A stretch of 64,000 bases of DNA from a virus. The notes below the pieces were generated by a model. The model made no database searches and had not been told where the DNA came from. It was given only the letters and a program-made list of their open reading frames with translations. Positions 7,741 to 14,558 of this stretch are shown here, piece after piece; within the stretch, counting starts at the first letter, position 1, and the number at the start of each line of letters is the position of its first letter. Made by a program: the position numbers and the translations under genes. Location of the stretch: the IMG/VR virus record IMGVR_UViG_3300005915_000001, positions 2,532 through 66,531 of that record. The stretch is one strand, 5' to 3'.

Positions 7741-7797
7741 GCTGTCATCCTCAGACCATGAAGAGCCACTAAGACGTGGCTTTCATCGTGTTTCAAC
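7741..7797 (-). ncRNA. hammerhead-like element lacking stem III (variant or degenerate)
   Basis: GUU-GAAAC-ACGAUGAAAGCCAC(GUCUUA)GUGGCUCUUCAUGGU-CUGAGGA-UGAC; shares CUCUUCAUGGUCUGA with the 7328-7391 ribozyme. Confidence 0.55.
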
Positions 7798-8045
7798 TAT
7801 TGATAATCCCCTATATCATTCCAGTCTAAACACAAATCATTCCAAAAAGGCAATTCCTCCGAAAATGTTTGTCCCATATCTCGTAAAAAACCAAACAAGT
7901 TACTGTCTGCCGTGTCGGCTGATTTCAGTGCTTTGTCATATCGATCAGGATACAACTGTTCACAGATTTTATCTTTCTTTACCCAAGCAGAATTAGCTGT
8001 TTTGTTCAATTGATCTGCCTTGGTGATATTTTGTTTCTCAGTCAT
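7797..8045 (-). CDS. first early gene, hypothetical acidic protein
   Basis: Leader ATAGGAGATTGAAAAATG; flanked by hammerhead elements. Confidence 0.75.
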   Translation of the reverse strand: MTEKQNITKADQLNKTANSAWVKKDKICEQLYPDRYDKALKSADTADSNLFGFLRDMGQTFSEELPFWNDLCLDWNDIGDYQ

Positions 8046-8068
8046 TTTTCAATCTCCTATTGAATGTT

Positions 8069-8142
8069 TAAGCAATTCTCATCAGGCCGTGTTGCTTAGG
8101 CACGACGACCAACAAAGTACCATTCCTTTGCTGGTTTCGATT
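8069..8142 (-). ncRNA. type II hammerhead ribozyme
   Basis: AAUC-GAAA-CCAGCAAAG(GAAUGGUA)CUUUGUUGG-UC^-GUCGUG(CCUAAGCAA)CACGGC-CUGAUGA-GAAUUGCUUA; 7-bp pseudoknot UAAGCAA:UUGCUUA. Confidence 0.93.
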
Positions 8143-8272
8143 TTGGAGATAAACTAATCTTGTTATCTAGCAGACCATTAATCATCACTAGTTTCCGGAT
8201 TTTTTATTCTAGGCTCGTTTTCAAAACCTCATATTATTCAGTTTTCAATTGTCTTCTACTTCTACTATCGGT

Positions 8273-8301
8273 ATTTTACACTGATTAGTTTAACCTGTCT
8301 A
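8273..8301 (-). promoter_or_regulatory. sigma70-type early promoter
   Basis: TAGACA-17 nt-TAAAAT with A/T-tract UP-like element upstream (8303-8335). Confidence 0.7.
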
Positions 8302-8524
8302 GTTAAAAAATAGATATTTTTGAAAAAATTTTTCAACAGACTCATATCTCACTAAATTTCAATCCCAGGGAATCCCATCAGATCCAGCCTGTATCTATAG
8401 TATACTATACGTTCTACGCCTCACCACAATCTATACGGCATTGACAGGCTATTAAACTCCCATAGAGGGGATAATCGCATATATAGACCCGACGACACCT
8501 CAGAAACGCCTGTATGGACGCTTC

Positions 8525-8598
8525 TAAGTCCTTATGCACGCTAGACTTATAGTCGCCAGAATGGGTGATCCTGTAAGTATAGTGTGCATAAAGACTTA
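8525..8598. repeat. inverted pair of TAAGT(C/A)-N13-GACTTA palindromic sites
   Basis: 8525-8549 and 8574-8598 are near reverse complements; same motif at 22395-22419. Confidence 0.6.
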
Positions 8599-10527
8599 TA
8601 GCACTTTATCTGGAACTATAATTTTCCCCTTCTTGCCACCTGCAATGGCCCAATTTTCTTCAGACGTTCCACATGCGATCCGCATTGGTACCCTGAATTT
8701 AATTCCAGTGTCTTCAAATTGTGATTTGATTTCAGTAAGAGCTGTCACGTCTTTGCTCAAACCTTTCGGGGCATACATTGCGACTTCATCATGCACACTT
8801 GCAAAGTTCTTAATTCCTAAATCTCTAATGAATTTATTATATCTCGGAGCCATTGCTACCATTCTCTCTTTAATGATGTCAGCTGCACAAGATTGAATAA
8901 TAGAGTTGAACGCCCGAAAGCTTGCTTTCTCAGGTAAGTGACGTTGACGCCCATATGCATTGAAAACAAATCCTCTTGAGATAAGATTATCTCTTGCTTG
9001 TTTCGTTGTTCGTTTTATTCCTGGTAGTGTGTCATGGTATTCCTGGTAAACCTGCTCACCACGTTGATTGCATAATAATTGAAAAATCTTTTCACGTGCA
9101 GCGACATTTGCTTTTCCACTTGCTATGATTGCGTCGGTTTTATCTGCTAAGTGACCTACCAAATCCATATTAAGTGAAAGCATTGACACAACACGAGCTT
9201 TGCCTCCACCAAACGCTATTGCAAAGTTTACGTTCTTTGCCGGATCACGAGGAATTTTGCACATATCAGCAACCCATTGATGAAAGTCTATATCTGGATT
9301 TTTTGCGAATGCGGCAATAGCTTTTGCATCTTTGATGTACGAAATAATTAATCGGAACTCGATTTGACTATAGTCCCACGAAAGAATCTCTTGATCCTCT
9401 GGTGGATGGATTAAGGCCTTTGCTTCCTTAGACAATTGCTGTGAGTTTGGTCGACGACATGACATGCGACCAGTTCGAACTATTTGATTGTAAGATGGGT
9501 GCATGAGCCCATCGATTTGATGTTCTTGATAAGGTTTAATAAAGATACTATATAAAGTATGCATCTTTCTGTACTTCTGGATCTTTGTGACAATGTTCAT
9601 CAACTCAGGTGACTCACGAACTATTGGGTAGGATAAATATGAAAGCATTGCAGCTTTATTAAACGATGGCTCGTTCTTGTCAGTGTATCCCATAACGGGT
9701 AGGCCATACTTATTACACAAAACTTCGAAACAATCTGCATTAGTATGGGGACGAATAGCAAACCCAGTTAGCTTATGTAATTCTTCTTCGAGATTTATTA
9801 ATTTATACAGAAGAACCATTTCAGTTTGATCTAATTCTAATGGATCAACATTAAGACCCTCTACTTCCATATCAAATAAAACAGGTGTCAATAGGATTTC
9901 AGTTTCCCATATTCCTAAAGTCTGTTCATGTCGACGACGCAACATATAATTATACAATTTGCGATTAGTCAAAACATCTTGACAACCATACTCTCCAATG
10001 ATGTCACCAGGCACGTCACCATAGTCTTTGCTCTTACATCCAGTCAAATAATTTTGTAAACGATTATCTAAATACTTAATATCTTCTTCAAGCCAATCTC
10101 GTGACAATGAACCAAGATCATGTGCAAACCTGTCACTATTGATTATCTTTGCAAGAGTGTTAGTATCTACCAATCGACAATCGAACTCAATGTTGTCTTG
10201 CTTTACAAAGTGTGCGTCAAATTTTACATTGTGATTCACCCAATCGTCACAAGAATTAATTGTATCTCTAGCCCAATTAATCACCCCTTCAAGTGGTAAG
10301 TTCCATTTTTCATGATGACAACGGATCGGCATGTACCAAGCACCTTTGATATCGTCAGCAGTGACACCTATACCACAGACACGATGCCCATGATATGGCT
10401 TAAACGACTTAACCTTTGGATCAAAGGACGTACACTCTGTATCAAGAAATAAAGACTTAGCATTTTTTAGGTTTGGTAGCTCGTCCAAAGTTTGAACCAA
10501 CCTACCACCGTTTTCAAAGTTAATCAT
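8596..10527 (-). CDS. polA: family A DNA polymerase with 3'-5' exonuclease
   Basis: FLDTE, NHNVKFD, Y..QD exonuclease motifs; TGRMS, DYSQIEFR (motif A), AKNVNFAIAFG (motif B), VHDE (motif C). Confidence 0.95.
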   Translation of the reverse strand: MINFENGGRLVQTLDELPNLKNAKSLFLDTECTSFDPKVKSFKPYHGHRVCGIGVTADDIKGAWYMPIRCHHEKWNLPLEGVINWARDTINSCDDWVNHNVKFDAHFVKQDNIEFDCRLVDTNTLAKIINSDRFAHDLGSLSRDWLEEDIKYLDNRLQNYLTGCKSKDYGDVPGDIIGEYGCQDVLTNRKLYNYMLRRRHEQTLGIWETEILLTPVLFDMEVEGLNVDPLELDQTEMVLLYKLINLEEELHKLTGFAIRPHTNADCFEVLCNKYGLPVMGYTDKNEPSFNKAAMLSYLSYPIVRESPELMNIVTKIQKYRKMHTLYSIFIKPYQEHQIDGLMHPSYNQIVRTGRMSCRRPNSQQLSKEAKALIHPPEDQEILSWDYSQIEFRLIISYIKDAKAIAAFAKNPDIDFHQWVADMCKIPRDPAKNVNFAIAFGGGKARVVSMLSLNMDLVGHLADKTDAIIASGKANVAAREKIFQLLCNQRGEQVYQEYHDTLPGIKRTTKQARDNLISRGFVFNAYGRQRHLPEKASFRAFNSIIQSCAADIIKERMVAMAPRYNKFIRDLGIKNFASVHDEVAMYAPKGLSKDVTALTEIKSQFEDTGIKFRVPMRIACGTSEENWAIAGGKKGKIIVPDKVL

Positions 10528-10549
10528 AATGTATCCTGTATATCTGGTG

Positions 10550-11269
10550 CTATTTAGTAGGGAAGAATTTATCTAACATATCATCTATCTTTTTATCTTT
10601 CGGATTTCGGTATGTTGGATCGATACGAACAGCGGCGTCATCAAAATAGAATTCATCTAATTCTATTCCAATAAAGTTTCTATTCAAATTCACACATGCT
10701 ACACCAGTTGTGCCGCTACCCATGAAAGAATCTAAGACTGTATCACCTTCATTAGTTACAGCTTTAATAAGCTCTTCAATTAAGTTTACGGGCTTCTGGT
10801 TTGGATGTATCAAGTTTGATCCACACACTCTACAAAACCTCATTACAGTGTGAGGTCTATTTACCCTGAAACAATATCTACCTTTAGTGGCATAGATTAT
10901 ATTCTCATGTTGTGAGGCAAATTCACCTTTTAAATCACCCATACCATGGATTACATTGTCCCATATAATCTGAGACTTAACATTGAATCCAACGTTTGCA
11001 ATCTCTCTACGAAATATATCTTCTACATCCCATCTTTCAAATCAGATAAGTCTCCCCGAATTTACAAGTACCCTAAAAGCTTCTGGTAACCACTCTATAT
11101 ATGGTGACTTGTCATTTTCTATTTTATCTTTCCACTGATTTTTATCCGTCCGCCGGCTAGACTGATAATCAATTCCATACGGAGGATCTGCCAATACCAT
11201 ATCAACTGATCCATCAGGAATTGATTTCATTTCTTCAAGACAGTCACCATGTATTAACTGAATGCTCAT
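10550..11269 (-). pseudogene. N4C/N6A DNA methyltransferase (beta class) with in-frame TGA at 11042-11044
   Basis: The two ORF-track pieces are in the same frame; reads ...GRLI*FERWDVEDIF...SQIIWDNVIHGMGDL...; DPPY and FMGSGTTG motifs intact. Confidence 0.85.
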
Positions 11270-11622
11270 AGAATCAAACCTCCATCTAAATACTCCACAT
11301 GTATTCCAAGTTCTTTGGCGTATTCAATTTCAGCAGTCACACCTACAGAATCTTTCCAACCATCGAGCATAAGAACATACATACCACTACACATACGCAA
11401 CATCTCAAAGTCATATTGCTTCCAATATTGCCACGTATATATCTTATCGTTCATGTCGTTTTTATTCGATATACTTTCAACAATGGGATGCGAGTGACTA
11501 ATAGGCGAAAAGATATTTTGACCCAAGCACATTAAGCGTGCAGCCATTGCATTCGCTGCATTGAATCTATCTAATCTTATTTGCGGATCGTCGTGTGTAT
11601 ATGGTACGGCTAAATAAATCAT
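11266..11622 (-). CDS. DUF1937 / nucleoside 2-deoxyribosyltransferase-like protein
   Basis: IYLAVPY, FSPISHSH, W..S.GV..EIEYA motifs. Confidence 0.75.
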   Translation of the reverse strand: MIYLAVPYTHDDPQIRLDRFNAANAMAARLMCLGQNIFSPISHSHPIVESISNKNDMNDKIYTWQYWKQYDFEMLRMCSGMYVLMLDGWKDSVGVTAEIEYAKELGIHVEYLDGGLIL

Positions 11623-12509
11623 ATCAATTCGCCTTCGCTATCTAATTCAAAATTACACCACAATGATTCTAATCTTTTATCATGAAAACCACTTGATCCA
11701 CTTGTTGTATCTTTATCGTGTCGAGTCCATTTTTTCAAAGCATCATCGTATAATGTACTTCTATATCCAGAAATCATGACAAACGCTTCACAGTCATTTG
11801 CCACATCCAATAATTCTTTGTGATCATCAACTGTCATTTCATATTTATAAGCCTTTGTTGAGACTCTAGTCTCATGTAGATATGGTGGATCTAAATAAAA
11901 TAATGTCTTCCAGTCATCTTCCTTCTTGATTACTTTAATTGCGCTTTCGTTGAAAATTACTACACGTTTTAATCTATCATGTACTTCAGGAAGATTCTCA
12001 ACGACTTTCAACCATGATGATGATGACACTTCCATTCCAGATGATAATGATTTTCTAGTCATTGGTACAAATGATTTACACGCACCAGCGCGTGATTGCC
12101 GACATCGAACAAAGAACGCAACAGCAGCATCGACATCCAGATCCTGCGATCCATTCGGCATCATTAAAGCTTCAGACTCTTCCCAAATTTGTTTACAAAA
12201 TGGAGTCGCTTCAATGATTCGTTGGAATTTAGAAAACGCATCGACGTTTTGAAGCACTTTCCAAAAGTTAGTTAAACCTCCATGAACATCATTAACAATT
12301 TCACTTTTGCCAGTCTCACTTCCATCCATTCCCCATCGATGACGTTTGTCCATAGGATCTTTACGCATTAGAACAGCAAGACCACCTGCGTATGGTTCAA
12401 TGTACGTTAAGTGTCTTGGCATTAATCCAATGATCCAATCAGCAAGATAGAACTTACCTCCGAACCATTTCAGTGGTTGCTTTGTTATTTTGAATTCACT
12501 ATCTGGCAT
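11619..12509 (-). CDS. Dam-like (D12 class) DNA adenine methyltransferase
   Basis: KWFGGK, YIEPYAGG, VND, YLDPPY motifs. Confidence 0.92.
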   Translation of the reverse strand: MPDSEFKITKQPLKWFGGKFYLADWIIGLMPRHLTYIEPYAGGLAVLMRKDPMDKRHRWGMDGSETGKSEIVNDVHGGLTNFWKVLQNVDAFSKFQRIIEATPFCKQIWEESEALMMPNGSQDLDVDAAVAFFVRCRQSRAGACKSFVPMTRKSLSSGMEVSSSSWLKVVENLPEVHDRLKRVVIFNESAIKVIKKEDDWKTLFYLDPPYLHETRVSTKAYKYEMTVDDHKELLDVANDCEAFVMISGYRSTLYDDALKKWTRHDKDTTSGSSGFHDKRLESLWCNFELDSEGELI

Positions 12510-12789
12510 GATTTACCATTCCTATTTCTAAGCGTCTTGTTTTAATCAGATCTTGTATTACTTCTTTTCGTTCCAATGTAAGAATCTCACCAATACATGC
12601 ATACCAATACCTAACACGATTCACATTGCTTCTGAGAACCATTCTTTTATTTGTAAATTTTAATTCATACCTAGCACGACAGTACGCCCTGTGACATTCT
12701 TTACAATGATTCACTTTATCGTATTCACTAGGTCTTGAGTGGCATAGATTACAAATTGGTTTAGGTTTCATTATGCTGCCTCCAATCAT
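12499..12789 (-). CDS. small Cys-rich (Zn-finger-like) protein
   Basis: CNLC...CKEC; start may be the second Met. Confidence 0.6.
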   Translation of the reverse strand: MIGGSIMKPKPICNLCHSRPSEYDKVNHCKECHRAYCRARYELKFTNKRMVLRSNVNRVRYWYACIGEILTLERKEVIQDLIKTRRLEIGMVNHAR

Positions 12790-12922
12790 GTTTACATACC
12801 TCGCGCAATTCTCTGATTAATTTATCGTGTATTATTTCATATCTCTTAAAATTTTCAGGACTTGAATCTTTCACTCTAAATACAACTTGATATTCTTCAT
12901 AGATTTTCTTTAAATTTTTCAT
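12761..12922 (-). CDS. 53-aa hypothetical protein
   Basis: MKNLKKIYEEYQVVFRV...; fills the gap between methyltransferase and next gene; not in ORF track. Confidence 0.55.
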   Translation of the reverse strand: MKNLKKIYEEYQVVFRVKDSSPENFKRYEIIHDKLIRELREVCKHDWRQHNET

Positions 12923-12926
12923 TGAA

Positions 12927-13709
12927 TCATTCTCCAAAGAACTTATCTAACATGTCATCTATCTTTTTATCTTTCGGATTTCTATAAGTCGGATCAATAC
13001 GAACAGCAGCGTCATCAAAATAAAATTCGTCTAATTCTATTCCAATAAAGTTTCTATTCAAATTCACACATGCTACACCAGTTGTACCTGATCCCATACA
13101 GAAGTCCAAAACAGTCTCGCCTTCGTTTGTGTAGGTCTTGATTAGGTACTCCATCAGGGCGACAGGCTTTTGAGTGGGGTGAACCCGACACTTCTGCTTA
13201 TCGGTGGGGAAATGCAATACGGTTCTGGGGTATCTTTCTGTTGAATCATAGCCCACCAACCCATGTTCTCCATAGCAATCTGTTTTTACACAGCCCCGTT
13301 TATGTTCCGCAGTGCTGACTTTGCGTTTGTGTCCGGTTGTTTTCTGGGGGTTGTAGATTGGAGGTGAGGCATAAAACACTGGAATGTCCTCGTGAGCCTT
13401 CATAGGCATCTTTTTAGCATTCAAATGGCCTGTGGCTGCAGACTTATCCCACACCCAGCAATACTTAAACCACGGCATGTTAGAGCCTATCAGCGTCGTT
13501 GTGAACGGCTGCGAAGCAGTCATGACAATCGCACCATTGGGCTTAATAACCCGCCTCAGATGTGCCCACATTGACTCCAACGGAATTATACTATCCCACT
13601 CACATGCCGTTGTACCATATGGAGGATCAGCCAAAACCATGTCCACAGACCCATCAGGAATTGATTTCATTTCTTCAAGACAATCGCCATTGATTAGTTG
13701 TATAGACAT
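12927..13709 (-). CDS. N4C/N6A DNA methyltransferase (beta class)
   Basis: [21 protein letters not shown] motifs. Confidence 0.92.
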   Translation of the reverse strand: MSIQLINGDCLEEMKSIPDGSVDMVLADPPYGTTACEWDSIIPLESMWAHLRRVIKPNGAIVMTASQPFTTTLIGSNMPWFKYCWVWDKSAATGHLNAKKMPMKAHEDIPVFYASPPIYNPQKTTGHKRKVSTAEHKRGCVKTDCYGEHGLVGYDSTERYPRTVLHFPTDKQKCRVHPTQKPVALMEYLIKTYTNEGETVLDFCMGSGTTGVACVNLNRNFIGIELDEFYFDDAAVRIDPTYRNPKDKKIDDMLDKFFGE

Positions 13710-13717
13710 CTGATTTC

Positions 13718-14552
13718 CTAAAACTCCTTGAAAAACATATCTAATATGTCATCTATCTTTTTATCTTTAGGATTTCTATATTTTGGATCTATTCTAATTG
13801 CAGCATCATCAAAATAGAATTCATCTAACTCAATGCCTATGAAACTTCTGTTTAAATTCACGCATGCTACACCAGTTGTACCACTACCCATACAAAAGTC
13901 CAAGAACTGTATCACCTTCATTGCTCCATGAAATGATGTGATCGTTTGCTAATTTTTCTGGGAAAGGTGCTGGATGTATACTTCTAAGACTTTGTGGATT
14001 AATATTCCATATATTATACCGTTGCCCAAATTCAGGTTGAATAGATCCTTCATTACTCATTCGTTTCATTGATCCATCAGATTGCCTTATTGTGCCTCTT
14101 TTAATTGATCCAAACGAATTGCATACCCTGTCCTTGATTGGATTGAATGTTTTTAGATTACACTCACTGAAAACAAACATATACTCAAACACTGATGCAT
14201 ACCTAACAATTAATGTACCAACTGCAGAGAATCCAGGCTTTGCATATATCATCGTGTCATGCAAATTGAATCCACAATCCATTGCATACAATGCTTGCTT
14301 GAAACTCGTTCCTGTTTCGCTCCCATTAACAGTTGCATCTCCAACAACCCATACAACGACTCCACCTATTTTAGTAACACGATAGAGATTTTCAATACAT
14401 GGTTTCCATATATGTGGTCCCCATCCTTTGAAATCTTCACCGTAATCTCTCAGATTATCATATGGTGGACTCGTGACAGTTAGATCAACTGACCCATCAG
14501 GAATTGATTTCATTTCTTCAAGGCAATTACCATGTATTAGTTGTATAGACAT
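13718..14552 (-). pseudogene. N4C/N6A DNA methyltransferase with 1-nt insertion at ~13905
   Basis: TSPPY, HPAPFP; AAGTCCAAGAACTGT here versus AAGTCCAAGACTGT in the paralogue at ~58911; SAM-binding motif is in the other frame. Confidence 0.85.
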
Positions 14553-14558
14553 TTGATT

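Noticed and set aside
8150-8210. Possible fourth hammerhead (GAAAC...AUGGUCUG)
   Set aside because: No CUGANGA core and no consistent stems.
1337-11044. Genome-wide stop-codon reassignment (TAG or TGA)
   Set aside because: Long genes are intact under the standard code, both codons terminate other genes (many ATGA overlaps), and no suppressor tRNA was seen.
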